Assembly: GCA_051599415.1 (NCBI GenBank)
Contig: AP039695.1
Coordinates: 372,001 to 436,000 of the forward strand
Direction: 5' to 3'
Source: Savitreella phatthalungensis
Lineage: Eukaryota
Length of the DNA stretch: 64,000 bases
In this document: positions 9,343-20,240 of the stretch, piece by piece
Numbering within the stretch: the stretch's first letter is position 1
Layout of the letters: every line of letters starts with the position of its first letter
Position numbers and translations under genes: made by a program
The notes under the pieces: generated by a model
Told to the model about the DNA's origin: nothing
Seen by the model: only the letters and a program-made list of their open reading frames with translations
Database searches by the model: none

Positions 9343-12300
9343 TCAGAATTCATCTTCGAGAATGATTCTTGGAACAACGTTCATGGAGATGAGCTCCTGA
9401 ATGAGTAGCTTGGCTGCGTATGGCACTGTCAATTGAACGACATCCATAGAAGAATTGCAATGCGTACACCAGTTGTTATACCCAAGCAAGCCACAGGACT
9501 GACACACATCGACATTGAAGGCGTCCGAAGAGTGCATGAGCCTTTCCAGTAGCAGCTGGGATGCGCCATAGGCAATCAGACAATCGCGCTCCATCTCGCC
9601 GAGCCGCAAACCTCCGTCACGGGATCGGCCCTCTGTCGGCTGGCGCGTCAGGATTGCCTTCGGCCCCTTAGCACGGGCGTGCATTTTGTCGAGCACCATG
9701 TGTTTCAGCTTTTGATAGTAAATTGGCCCAAAGAAAATATATGCCTGTAGGGCCTCTCCTGTGATACCTGATGTCAGATAGTCTTTGCCGGAATAATTGA
9801 AACCACGCTCAACCAGGATGCGTGACATGTCGTCCACCTTCGATCCCGCGAAGGCTGTGCCGTATTGTAGCTTGCCACTGAGGACGCCTGCCTTGCCAGC
9901 CAGTAGCTCAATCATTTTACCGACTGTCATGCGAGATGGGAAACCATGGGGATTCATGATGATATCTGGGTTGATCCCCTGATCATTAAAAGGCATGTCT
10001 TCTTGTTGGACAATCAGGCCACAGACACCTTTCTGGCCGTGACGAGACGAGAACTTATCGCCGAGCTCTGGCCGACGTGTCTGACGGATGAGCACTTTGA
10101 CAAGGGTTTGGTCAGATTCCGTTGTTGAAAGCATTACCTTGTCAATAATACCGGTCTCTGCGCCTTTGTATACCCCCGGGGTCTGCCGAAAGCCACTTGG
10201 AGCGACTGGACCACCAGGTCCGTTGTCGTTCGCATTCACTGGCGTCTGCTTGTTGAGAAAGACCTGGCCACTCCGAATGTGCTCGCCAACGACTGCGATA
10301 CCGTCTGGATCAAGAACCTTATGCTTTTCGATAAGCTCTTCACCTTTGTCGTCACGCAGTGGATCGCCCAGTCGGTCATACGTGCCATTTGGATACTTTT
10401 TGATGATGCTCACGTTTTTGCGAAAGACTTGACATCGTCCGAAGCCCCTATCGATACTAGCCTTGTTGAGGACGAGAGCGTCTTCGATATCGTACCCAGA
10501 GTATGACATGACAGCCACTGTGGCATTCTGTCCAGCAGGCAATTTATCGTAGCCGATAAGCTCTATACTCTTCGTCTTAACCATAGGCTGCTGAGGATAG
10601 ACCATCAAATAAAGGAGCGTGTCGATACGATTGAGTTGATTGTAGCCGATAGCTCCGATTGCTTGCTTACCCATTGCACATTGATATGTGTTTCTCGGCG
10701 ACTGATTGTGATGCGGATATGGAATCAGACCCGCAACCGCGCCAAGTATTGTGAATGGTTCAATCTCAAGATGAGTTGTGGCGGCTGTGATATCTTTCTC
10801 CTCTATTGCGATAAAGGAATCATTCTCCTCATTCACATCTAGATATTCGACGATTCCGCGGCGAAGGAAATGGTCAAAAGCAAGACGATCGTCCCGCAAG
10901 GCGCGCAAATCGTCGATGCGAAGGTGGGAGCGGCCGCGAGACACGACAATCAGCGGCCTACAGATTCGGCCGCCGTCCGAAGCAATGTAAACCGCGCTTT
11001 GATGGGCGTTGATATGTATGCTGACGAATTCGGAGACCTTACCACAGCGGCGAATCTTGCGGAAATCGTGGACAAAACGTCGGGGGAAGCGGGTCATGCC
11101 CACAATTGTACCGTTCAGGAATATCACATGGGCCCCATTCTCATATAACTCTTGACCAGAGAGAATGGAGGTGTCTTCAACTCCTAGAGTGAAGATCAAT
11201 CTCAGTATCGGCCCTTCTTCGTTATCTGTGGTGATGTGGGTCATGAGAGCCAAGTTCTTCACCAAACCGCATGCCTCTCCTTCCGGGGTGTCACTGGTGC
11301 ACAGCATGCCGAACTGCGACGGTTGCAATGCTCGAGGCCCGCTGACTTTGCGAGTCTTCTCAAATTGTGATGAAATGCGAGTCATCATACCCAGTGCCGA
11401 GATGTAGCTCAAGCGCGACAAGACATGCGTGATGCCGGCGCGTTCCATTTTGAAGCGTTTCAAAGACCAATTCCCGGTTGATAAGGCCCTGATCATGCCG
11501 CTCGTTATATGATCACCATGTATGGTGAACTGATTCATTGCATCAAACTCCTGGATGCGGTTAGGCTTCTTGAGAACCTTATCAATATTCGCCTTGAATT
11601 GGGCGTTGAATGTCTTGAAAAGATCTTCGAATAGGAGCGATAGCAATTGTCCAGCGAGTTCCAACCGTTTGTTGCCCACGTAGTCACGATCGTCGACTTT
11701 TGCAGGGTCTGCCATGGCCATCAGCACTCTGCGCGTCATGAGGGCAAAATAGAGGATCTTCGGCCGAAAATCGAGGTTTTCGACAGGGACGTGAGCCAAA
11801 GCAATGATTGCAAGTACTTCCAGAGCCTCTTCAGCGGGCGGACGCCGGGGTCCCTGTCCAGGCGCTTTGGCCCGACTCAGGCGACATTTGCTTCCAATAT
11901 AGTTCAGTGCTTGCTGCTGCGTATAGATCTTGAGCTTAGCACACTCCTCGATGTTGATGGCGAACAGGTCTTGGTAAGTGCCATCAGAGCCACAGACGAG
12001 GTCGCATATCTCCTTGTCGGACTGCAGTCCCATGGCCTTGAAGACGAGAACGATCGGAATGTCGTCGTTGATGGAATTGTGCTTCATATATATGCGCTCC
12101 TTCTTAGTAAGGACATAAGTTTTGGACTTGCGCTCGTGAGTTGAAGAAGTGACACTGGCCTGCACGATACCTTTGTAGTCCTCCACTATGATCCGATTTT
12201 TGGATAGCTGCTCCTGCACCAAAATCACTTTCTCCGTGCCCTTGACGACGAAATATCCGCCTGGGTCGAGCGGACACTCGCTCATGCGCGCCATCGACGC

Positions 12301-12741
12301 CTCATCTTGATTGGTGAGGATGCACTTATTAGAACGGAGCATGATTGGCATGCGACCGATGGCCACGCCCTTACGACGGACAATCTGCTTTCCGCGCGTG
12401 TATTCCACGTCGACAAAGACCGTTGCGGCGTATGAGAGGTCGCGAAGGCGGCATTCGTGCGGAGTTATGTCGCTGTCCTTGCCAACACACTCTGCCTCGG
12501 GTCGTGTGGGCCGCCCGACGTATATGTCAAGATACTTCAGAAAGAAGGTTGGCTCGACGTCCGAGCTCACACGCTCGTTCGCGCGCATGATTTTCTTCAA
12601 ATCGGTGTCGACGAAGTAGTTGAACGAGTCTATGTGCTGTTTTACGAGACCTTTGACCTTGAGAAACGATGGGAGCAGCTGCCATTTAGCCTCGGCGGTC
12701 CCAATAGCGTCAGTCAGCCCAGCGTTGGCCCCGACCGCCAT
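9343..12741 (-). CDS. RPC2: RNA polymerase III second-largest subunit
   Basis: [47 protein letters not shown] and a C-terminal Zn site. First ATG at 12741; probable upstream intron at 12792-12857. Confidence 0.97.
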   Translation of the reverse strand: MAVGANAGLTDAIGTAEAKWQLLPSFLKVKGLVKQHIDSFNYFVDTDLKKIMRANERVSSDVEPTFFLKYLDIYVGRPTRPEAECVGKDSDITPHECRLRDLSYAATVFVDVEYTRGKQIVRRKGVAIGRMPIMLRSNKCILTNQDEASMARMSECPLDPGGYFVVKGTEKVILVQEQLSKNRIIVEDYKGIVQASVTSSTHERKSKTYVLTKKERIYMKHNSINDDIPIVLVFKAMGLQSDKEICDLVCGSDGTYQDLFAINIEECAKLKIYTQQQALNYIGSKCRLSRAKAPGQGPRRPPAEEALEVLAIIALAHVPVENLDFRPKILYFALMTRRVLMAMADPAKVDDRDYVGNKRLELAGQLLSLLFEDLFKTFNAQFKANIDKVLKKPNRIQEFDAMNQFTIHGDHITSGMIRALSTGNWSLKRFKMERAGITHVLSRLSYISALGMMTRISSQFEKTRKVSGPRALQPSQFGMLCTSDTPEGEACGLVKNLALMTHITTDNEEGPILRLIFTLGVEDTSILSGQELYENGAHVIFLNGTIVGMTRFPRRFVHDFRKIRRCGKVSEFVSIHINAHQSAVYIASDGGRICRPLIVVSRGRSHLRIDDLRALRDDRLAFDHFLRRGIVEYLDVNEENDSFIAIEEKDITAATTHLEIEPFTILGAVAGLIPYPHHNQSPRNTYQCAMGKQAIGAIGYNQLNRIDTLLYLMVYPQQPMVKTKSIELIGYDKLPAGQNATVAVMSYSGYDIEDALVLNKASIDRGFGRCQVFRKNVSIIKKYPNGTYDRLGDPLRDDKGEELIEKHKVLDPDGIAVVGEHIRSGQVFLNKQTPVNANDNGPGGPVAPSGFRQTPGVYKGAETGIIDKVMLSTTESDQTLVKVLIRQTRRPELGDKFSSRHGQKGVCGLIVQQEDMPFNDQGINPDIIMNPHGFPSRMTVGKMIELLAGKAGVLSGKLQYGTAFAGSKVDDMSRILVERGFNYSGKDYLTSGITGEALQAYIFFGPIYYQKLKHMVLDKMHARAKGPKAILTRQPTEGRSRDGGLRLGEMERDCLIAYGASQLLLERLMHSSDAFNVDVCQSCGLLGYNNWCTHCNSSMDVVQLTVPYAAKLLIQELISMNVVPRIILEDEF

Positions 12742-13227
12742 GCTGCGCGCCTCCACGACAGCTATAGCCCTTCCTGGGCTATTGTGCCTGTCTGTGGTCA
12801 GATCTTCCCGATCCCGCTAATAGCTTGATTATGTTCCAGGATACACGAACGACATACCGTTCTGGAGGCACACTCTGTACAGTGTATATATTAGATCATG
12901 ATTGATCTGATCAATCATATAAAAACATATATATGACCGCCTGCGCAAATAACGCATGCGATCGGATATATATTATACTTTGCAGCCAGAACAAAGGTCT
13001 CGCAACTGTGTCCCTTAGATGATCGATCGACTGAATATGTGCATATAGCGCGCACAGGCGGTAGAATACGCTGTGTGTGGGCGTCAAGGAGATCCGGATC
13101 AAACTCATTGCAAAGACATGCGATTGTAATCGACCTGTGGAGAGCCATCATCCCCCGGCTGCATTGTCGATACGAAGACTGATACTAAAGGAAGCTGGCC
13201 GAGGTGATCACGAGCCTCATTGCGCAT

Positions 13228-13692
13228 ATGGACGACCGAGAGCACGCGACATACCGACGATTCGAAGAGTACGATTTCTCTGCCAATGCCGATTATAACG
13301 CAGGGTTCGACGTCATTCGAGCTGAACGGGCCGAGATGTCACCAGAGCTCGTAACGATGGCTCAAGCCTATTACTATGATCAGCATGTCGAGCCGCTCAA
13401 CTACGCAAGCTATCTATCTTGGAAACAAGAATGTTCAGGCGATTCACGACCAACAGCAGTCGAGAAGGATTCTGTTCCGTATCCTGCATCATTCTCGGAA
13501 ATCGTTGCACTGATACAATCAGGCAAGGCAATTCCGGGTATCAAGATGATACCTGATCGTCTGGCTGACGTCACGCCCGATCAGAGCTCCCTTCAGGCAC
13601 CGCAGAAGCCTTGGGATGTGACGTTGCCTCCGACATCACGCGAGCCGCCGCCGTGGATGGCCGTCAAGGACACTAGCGGCGATGATGAGTAG
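13228..13692 (+). CDS. DUF5572/KPWE-motif protein, PEX39-like (PTS2 peroxisomal import factor)
   Basis: N-terminal F-x-x-YDF-x-x-x-x-x-Y-x-x-G helical region, PYPASFSEIVALIQSGKAIPGIKMIPD block and PQKPWD. Confidence 0.7.
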   Translation: MDDREHATYRRFEEYDFSANADYNAGFDVIRAERAEMSPELVTMAQAYYYDQHVEPLNYASYLSWKQECSGDSRPTAVEKDSVPYPASFSEIVALIQSGKAIPGIKMIPDRLADVTPDQSSLQAPQKPWDVTLPPTSREPPPWMAVKDTSGDDE

Positions 13693-16009
13693 ACGAATCG
13701 GCCTGCGGATTCAGCAAAGAGCTGATACTTGCTCGAGCGTACGGGCGCGACTCCGCATCATGTCGACCAACGTGCTCGTGGTGACGCAAAGCCAGTGTGC
13801 TTGGTTGGTGTGGCTGAGATAAATGGGGACTTCGATGTCCTTGCTGATGCGGCTGTGGCGGGTAGTACTGTGGAGGTCCAGGTCCAGGTCTCGAAGAAGG
13901 GTACCAGGTTTGCAAACCCCCCAGGGAAGAGTCTTCTTGCTGCGTTGGATATGGAGCCCCGGGTGACAGCTGATATTGGTGCTGGAACGAATGTTGGTGC
14001 TGAGTGGTATGTTGGTGTTGATGCTGGGGCTGATGCTGGTTTGAATGCAGCTGATACTGGTTCGGTTGCTGAATATTGGGCACAGGTCGATAGCGATCGC
14101 GCTCATCGTGCCATGGCTGCCTCTGATTCGGAAGCACTGGTGCATGGACAGGGTACGGCATTCCCGGCGTACCATAACGATAGAAATCACGATCAGGTGT
14201 TGCCGAATAAGCGAAGCCTGTCGCGCTTCTGCCCCCCATCTGCGCCGCGGGGCCTGCGGGCAGATTGAGCAATGGCGCATCAGATGATTTGCTACTCTTA
14301 TTGCCCATCATCAGCGACACACCACCTTTCATATTTTGCGGCCGACTCAAACTTTCGTGACGCGAGCTTAGTTGGTGTTGAGACCGACGGTCTGACCGCG
14401 ATAGAGCAGTCGAGCTCTGATGCTCTCTAGTCCGGTCATTCGGCACAATGGACTGATTGGCGCGCGACTTGTCCTCTATTATGTCCTCGGGTCCGCGCTT
14501 GGCGGGAGCTGGAAGGCGCTGCTGAGCCTTTTCGGAAGAGGCGTGAGGTTTCACAGTCCTTACAGAGTTCACATTCACCGGTTGTGGTGTCATCGAGATA
14601 CTTTGTGGTGGTTCCAGGTGCCCGGACTGCAATCGCTGCTTGGCAGACGAATCATATGTGATGTCGTCTCGAGCCTTTCGTCGCGAGCCGATGGAGGCTT
14701 CGGTCTGGGCGCTGGCTCGACTCTTTGGCGAGCTGGTAGGTCGCGCAGGTGAAGGACTTCGATCAGATGCGCTGTTCAACCTGCCGATTGTCGCGGTTTC
14801 GGCTGCCTGGGCAGCAGCTTCGAGTCGAGGCGAGCTGCGCGCAATCTGCCTATCCGCTAACAGGACAGCCTTGCGACTCGCTGCTTTTACTTTGCCGCGG
14901 CCCGACGATTTGCCGCGCAGCCGACCATCTCTTCGGTAGTCGATGAGCTTCTTGGTGAGATAGTAGTGGGCAACACAATCCTCGGACGTGCGGCCCGGCA
15001 GACCAGCGACTATTTTAGCAAAATTTTTGGGTGTCGCTTTGTAGAGCTTGAAGAAGATCCGCTGCTCCTGGTCACACCAATCGGCAGACGACGCAAGCTC
15101 CGAAACACCATAGAATTCCAATGGTCTGGTCTCGATAGCACTCCGCTCCTCGAATGCTAGGCTGAGACGTTCCATAGGATCTGAGCTCATCGGTGGTATA
15201 CTGGCGAGATTCGTCAGGTATGCGTCCGGGGCTGCGCTCAAAATTGCATCCCTGAGATCATATCCCTGCTGGGTGCGTCGAGATCCGCGTGTTGTGGACG
15301 AAGTGGTGACTTCCTCTATCAAAGCATCTTGCGCCTGGCCTGCTAAGCGAGACGTTGGGATCGATAGGAGATCACTCGCGAATTCTGTGCGCGCGGTGTG
15401 CCACAGCTGCTCTGCCTGTCGACGCGCGCCTGATAAGCGCTTACGCTGATCTTGAAGCGTCCCTAAGACTCGCTCAATGAGCTGCTTGTCCTGGACAGAC
15501 GTGGACGTATTCGACCGCCACGCAGCCCAATGGAACTGAATGTGACTCGTCCGTGAGGAGCGTATGTTAGACTCACATATTAATCTTCGCAGGGAGCCTA
15601 ATTGCTGCACGTCACGACCGCGATGATGCGCCTGTCTGCCTTCTGGTGAGCACAAATATGAACACACCCGATTCTTGAGTGCTTGACTGCTTTCGACGGT
15701 TTCCGCTGCCTCATATAGCAGCACATCATCCAAATCTTGAATGGAAGGGCTGCGCTCTGGGGAAGAGATCTCCTGGAACACATTTTGTGGCCGCTCGAGC
15801 GATGTGATGCCTGCTTCCGAAGCCGGTGTGGCAGATCGATCGGCATCTGGCAAATGGCGCTGAGAAAGCGCCATTGTAGAAGCGTCTCGATCATAAGAGT
15901 TTTCTACGACACGACCCGGAGACGAGTCGAGATTATGTGCACACTTGACAGTAGACGCTTCCGAAAGCGCCGGCGATGAGGGCGCGGGCGGGGACTCTGT
16001 CACAAACAT
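13673..16009 (-). CDS. SANT/Myb-domain protein, Snt1/N-CoR-like (HDAC complex subunit)
   Basis: WCDQEQRIFFKLYKATPKNFAKIVAGLPGRTSEDCVAHYYLTKK is an N-CoR/Snt1-type SANT. The rest is low complexity and ends in an ISSLLNP motif. Start uncertain. Confidence 0.75.
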   Translation of the reverse strand: MFVTESPPAPSSPALSEASTVKCAHNLDSSPGRVVENSYDRDASTMALSQRHLPDADRSATPASEAGITSLERPQNVFQEISSPERSPSIQDLDDVLLYEAAETVESSQALKNRVCSYLCSPEGRQAHHRGRDVQQLGSLRRLICESNIRSSRTSHIQFHWAAWRSNTSTSVQDKQLIERVLGTLQDQRKRLSGARRQAEQLWHTARTEFASDLLSIPTSRLAGQAQDALIEEVTTSSTTRGSRRTQQGYDLRDAILSAAPDAYLTNLASIPPMSSDPMERLSLAFEERSAIETRPLEFYGVSELASSADWCDQEQRIFFKLYKATPKNFAKIVAGLPGRTSEDCVAHYYLTKKLIDYRRDGRLRGKSSGRGKVKAASRKAVLLADRQIARSSPRLEAAAQAAETATIGRLNSASDRSPSPARPTSSPKSRASAQTEASIGSRRKARDDITYDSSAKQRLQSGHLEPPQSISMTPQPVNVNSVRTVKPHASSEKAQQRLPAPAKRGPEDIIEDKSRANQSIVPNDRTREHQSSTALSRSDRRSQHQLSSRHESLSRPQNMKGGVSLMMGNKSSKSSDAPLLNLPAGPAAQMGGRSATGFAYSATPDRDFYRYGTPGMPYPVHAPVLPNQRQPWHDERDRYRPVPNIQQPNQYQLHSNQHQPQHQHQHTTQHQHSFQHQYQLSPGAPYPTQQEDSSLGGLQTWYPSSRPGPGPPQYYPPQPHQQGHRSPHLSQPHQPSTLALRHHEHVGRHDAESRPYARASISSLLNPQADSSTHHRR

Positions 16010-17851
16010 TGGTGTTCTAGTCCTCCAGCTTCTAGAGCAAGAAGCGACGTCGAGCTCAATCGGGTTAGATGGCGGTGATCGAGCTTGGTTGAACCACGAG
16101 GCGACAACCTAGCAAGTTCTCAGAAGCCATGGATGCTCGTGTTCTGAGAGCTTTTCGCCTGTTCCATATACCGACCGGCAGTGTCGTGCATCTCACCTTC
16201 AAGAATGTATGTATGCTGAGTGGATCTCATCCTGCATCCACAATGCACGGCAATTCTCCCCTATTAACCCACTCAGCAACAGGGGTATTTCAAATGATCG
16301 AGTACACAAAGGTGTAAAGAAATAGATAAGAAGAAGTGATCAGTCGATGGATATATGCGTGTCAATCTTGCATGAGGTATGGCTATTCTGTCTGAATTGA
16401 CTCATTGAGAATACCCGGAATGCAGCAGACGAGAACCATGCATTGCAACAGTTCATGCCGAGCGAGCCATGCTGTTCACCCTGCTCGCTACATCCAGGCA
16501 TGACCAGACTCTCGTGTCAACGCTTTATAATGGGTTGTGCAAGGAAAGGGGCTGGTCGGAATAATGATCGCAATCCGTAAGGATGCTGTTACAATTTGCT
16601 CGATCGATGCTGAAAAATTGAGGCTCATGACCAATGTCGCCATGCACATCCGCAGCGTCGTCCATTTCCGTGCGACACGATCTGCATGCTCTCATTGTCA
16701 TTCCATTAGGTCTTCCATAACCATGGCTGGATGGCTGTGTGTTACGACAGGAAAATCTGAGGGGAAAATCCATTCTATCAAATGCAAAGCGTGAAAGAGC
16801 AGAGCGATTGGGGCATCAACGTCGTAATGACGTTTGATTGACGACGCAAAGAATTGACCCTCCACGAGCCGATCGCTGCTTAGCTACGCAGCTGTGGATG
16901 AAGACACCAGCCCGACCAAGTCTTTGGACCACCCCGGAGCGGGCAGCCAGATACACAGAGCATCGTCGCCGTCCGTCTAGACAAATGCTCTCTTATTTTT
17001 CCGGAGACAGGACATTCTTCTAGATGGTCTCCAGCTTGCACGAGATCGCATCGCCGGTCACCGTCAAGTCGAGATTCGAACGGGGAGGATCGACTAGTTT
17101 GCATGGTTGTTGACGCAATGAACCTTCTTCACGTCTCGGCAGCACGCGAGCATGTGAACAAGCTCTGTGCTGCCAAAAGGTGATCATCAATCTAACTGAG
17201 CTGGAGATATTTGAACTTGGGTCCAAAAGCGCGTCCGCTCCACAAGCGCTTTTGAGATCAATTTTCACCCACCCTCAAATGCATAGGCTGATCTGACTAG
17301 CTTAATATCCCCGCGAAAGCGTTCTCTAGCCTCGGCCCCAGCTCGGAAAAGCTCAAACATCCCACGGCCACTCTTCCACTAATTTACATCCCGGGGATCG
17401 TCAGTGGAATAGATGGCTGCAGGGCTGATCGTGCCTCGGCACAAGCCCATTTTAGCTTTCTTTTCGATATGCTCGCGTGCTTGCTCGAAGTTTTTCCACC
17501 TTCCGAGGGCCTGCAGATTGCTGCCCAGACAGAGACCCACGCAAAGTCGTGTCGCGCGAGTTATGGAAGAACCTCTCAGCATGGTCGATCATGGCGTCCT
17601 CGCGCGCTCACGCGAGAGCCGACATCTGCTGACAGCCCGCTGCCTTGTGATTCCCGGATCCCACTCACGCATAATTTTGTCGTACCTTTCTCCACAGATG
17701 AGCCGCATACTCGGAAAATCACGGACCTGGGGTCAGCTCGGGGTAGGCAAGAAAGGTGTGATGGATTATTGAACCCACGTATATGAATCCCTGCTCCCTC
17801 TGTCTTGACCGTTTGTACCGGAGTGTCACCATTTGAATCCCATCTCCAACG

Positions 17852-18658
17852 ATGTCTATCTCTACTGTCAATACCGTACCAATCGCCACATCGACCATAT
17901 CTCGCGCGAGCTTCGAATGCTCCTGGCCAGGGTGTGGCAAGACGTTCAAGCGCAGTGAGCATTTAAATCGTCATCGACTAAATCATGAGCCGATCAAGAT
18001 TTTCGAATGCGACCAATGTCCTAAGACGTTTGTGCGATCGGATTTGCTGTTCCGACACAAGGACAGACATGCGAAGCGCATACTGAAGCGCATGGCACAG
18101 CCAACCCGAACGCCATCTTACAAGCACATCCAGCCTGCTCGTTCCGAGCGATCAGTCTCTTGCGACGACGACATCGAGAGTGTCCAGTCCGCTGCGCAAA
18201 GCTCACGTGAGAGCGATTGCAGTGGTAGTAGAAGTAGCAGTATCCACGGAGATTCGCCGCAACCATCAATCCTACCCTCTCCCGCGTCTCTCGCCGCTGT
18301 CCAGCGACTGGCGCACTCCGTCTCACCTCCTTTATCTGCAACAACTCTGCGGGATTGTCCGCCATGGCGAAACGCGCAGGCACGGCCGCATGGGATACCT
18401 TCAATGTCCCCTTTGCTTCCTTCGCCTCAATACAGCCGTCCACAACGGGGTGAGAAAATGGATGGCGACTATATATTGATCCCTCCGCTGCTTTCGCCAT
18501 GTGTCACGACTCCGAGATCCTTCGAACGTAGCTCCGCTCGCGATTCAGCGGCTTGCGAGCGCTATCCGGGTCCGACCTTGCCATCTCTGCGCTCTATCTT
18601 CTCGATCGGCTCGATACTGAACGAAAATGTAGCTGCAGCACCGGCTCTACGATCTTGA
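17852..18658 (+). CDS. C2H2 zinc-finger transcription factor (two fingers)
   Basis: FECSWPGCGKTFKRSEHLNRHRLNH and FECDQCPKTFVRSDLLFRHKDRH, followed by an S/P-rich tail. Confidence 0.88.
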   Translation: MSISTVNTVPIATSTISRASFECSWPGCGKTFKRSEHLNRHRLNHEPIKIFECDQCPKTFVRSDLLFRHKDRHAKRILKRMAQPTRTPSYKHIQPARSERSVSCDDDIESVQSAAQSSRESDCSGSRSSSIHGDSPQPSILPSPASLAAVQRLAHSVSPPLSATTLRDCPPWRNAQARPHGIPSMSPLLPSPQYSRPQRGEKMDGDYILIPPLLSPCVTTPRSFERSSARDSAACERYPGPTLPSLRSIFSIGSILNENVAAAPALRS

Positions 18659-18717
18659 TTTCCATTGCAGCAACGCCACGTTTTAATGACAATGACCATA
18701 AAGATAGTGTCCATTTG

Positions 18718-19962
18718 TCAACGCTCCTTTGATGCAGATGCTTGCTGTGTTGTGCCATTGAGTGCGCCAGGCGTCCAGGGTCGCTCGCCCTGGAGGACGC
18801 TTAGTCGGCGGGTCGTCGAGCCTAGGTTACGATTCGGTGAGATCGAGGTCGAAGAGGGACTCGACCGCTCGAGCGCACGATAGTCGAAGGGTACAGGCTT
18901 ACCAGCAGTACTCGGTCGAGGCTGACCTCGAGTCTGGATGTCTGCCATGTGTTTGATGTCTGACACTGTCGTCGGAAGGACGCTGCCGTGTTCGATCTGT
19001 TCGACTTCGCGGTCGACGCGAGAGACGTCACCCTTCGTGCTGTCATATAGCCAGAGGCCAAGGGCTGTCAACACAATGCCAGCAGCTTGGGTGATATTGA
19101 TCGGTTGTCCGAACCAGATGATTGCAACGACGATTACAAAAATACGCTTTATGAGAGATGCGATGCTGTAAGTGACAGGCGACACCATTGTGAGCAAAGT
19201 GAACGCAAGAACATTCTGCGCAGCATGCGAGGTACCGTTGAAGGTCAGCTCAGCGATACTAGACCAACCAAGAACGGTTGGTAGGACCACACTGCTCTCT
19301 TGTAAGATCCAGATGGGAACCATAAGAAATGCTGCGCCGATGGACGAGTAGAAGAGCAAATTCATCTTGTCAAGCCTTCGGCTGAGTGGCTCATCGTGCT
19401 TTTCGTGGAACAGCACACGTTTGGAGAAGATATTTTGCGATACAAAGACGACCGTGCTGCCGAGCGCAAAAACAAGTCCTCCGTAATTGCCGTTTGTTGC
19501 GAAAGAAGCTGAACATGCTAGCATCACACCTGCAGTGAGCGGCACAAGCGCCGCGTAGGTCTTCGTACTGTATCGCACGCCGAACATACTGGAGTATGCG
19601 GCGACTGTAAAGATTGGCGACAGTGCCTTGATGGTGTGAACAGTTGACACCGGAATCTTACTGGTCGCGAATGCTGAAAAAAGATGACCAGTGAGGACGA
19701 ACAAGCTCATAGGTCCAGTAGCTCGCAAAACGTGCCGATCTGGCGGTCGTATTGGAGCCGTGCCTAACAATGGAATCCTCAAGCGAAAGCCTGTTTCCGC
19801 AAGTACGAAGGTCCACATCGCCACAAACATAAACTGAGCTAGAGTCAGACTGACAGGCCCGTTGATCGTATTGAGGAATGTCTTCGAAGATGTGTTGGTT
19901 ATTGCTGAGCTCGCATACCAAGCCAAGCACTGGCCCACAAAGAGAAGTGTCGAGGCATTCAT
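18718..19962 (-). CDS. Triose-phosphate/nucleotide-sugar transporter family protein (Sly41-like)
   Basis: WYASS, PVSLTLAQF, IPVSTVHTIKALSPIF, SQNIFSK and VSPVTYSIASLIKRIFVI, with multiple TM helices. Confidence 0.88.
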   Translation of the reverse strand: MNASTLLFVGQCLAWYASSAITNTSSKTFLNTINGPVSLTLAQFMFVAMWTFVLAETGFRLRIPLLGTAPIRPPDRHVLRATGPMSLFVLTGHLFSAFATSKIPVSTVHTIKALSPIFTVAAYSSMFGVRYSTKTYAALVPLTAGVMLACSASFATNGNYGGLVFALGSTVVFVSQNIFSKRVLFHEKHDEPLSRRLDKMNLLFYSSIGAAFLMVPIWILQESSVVLPTVLGWSSIAELTFNGTSHAAQNVLAFTLLTMVSPVTYSIASLIKRIFVIVVAIIWFGQPINITQAAGIVLTALGLWLYDSTKGDVSRVDREVEQIEHGSVLPTTVSDIKHMADIQTRGQPRPSTAGKPVPFDYRALERSSPSSTSISPNRNLGSTTRRLSVLQGERPWTPGALNGTTQQASASKER

Positions 19963-20240
19963 CCCCGCCGAGTATTAGACGGCATATCGGTCCATGTTGC
20001 GTTGCTCGCCGCGTCGTCGACAAGAAGAAGCTGCCGATTCTGGTGTGGCTGCCGTATTTTCATCTTGCTATGTCTCGGCACTCTTTTTCTCCTTTGCGTC
20101 TCTGCAAGTTTGGAACAAATTTCTTTCGTATACACGATGCGAGTGAGACACGACTCAATGCTCATCCGTTGAAATTCAGCTCTGCAACTTTCCTGGCCGC
20201 CGCCTTGACTCTTGAGACGCATCGAATCTGCGCCTGAGGG

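Noticed and set aside
17224..17254. Hairpin caaaagcgc...gcgcttttg as an ncRNA
   Set aside because: A single 9-bp stem with no snoRNA, tRNA or snRNA hallmarks is compatible with chance.
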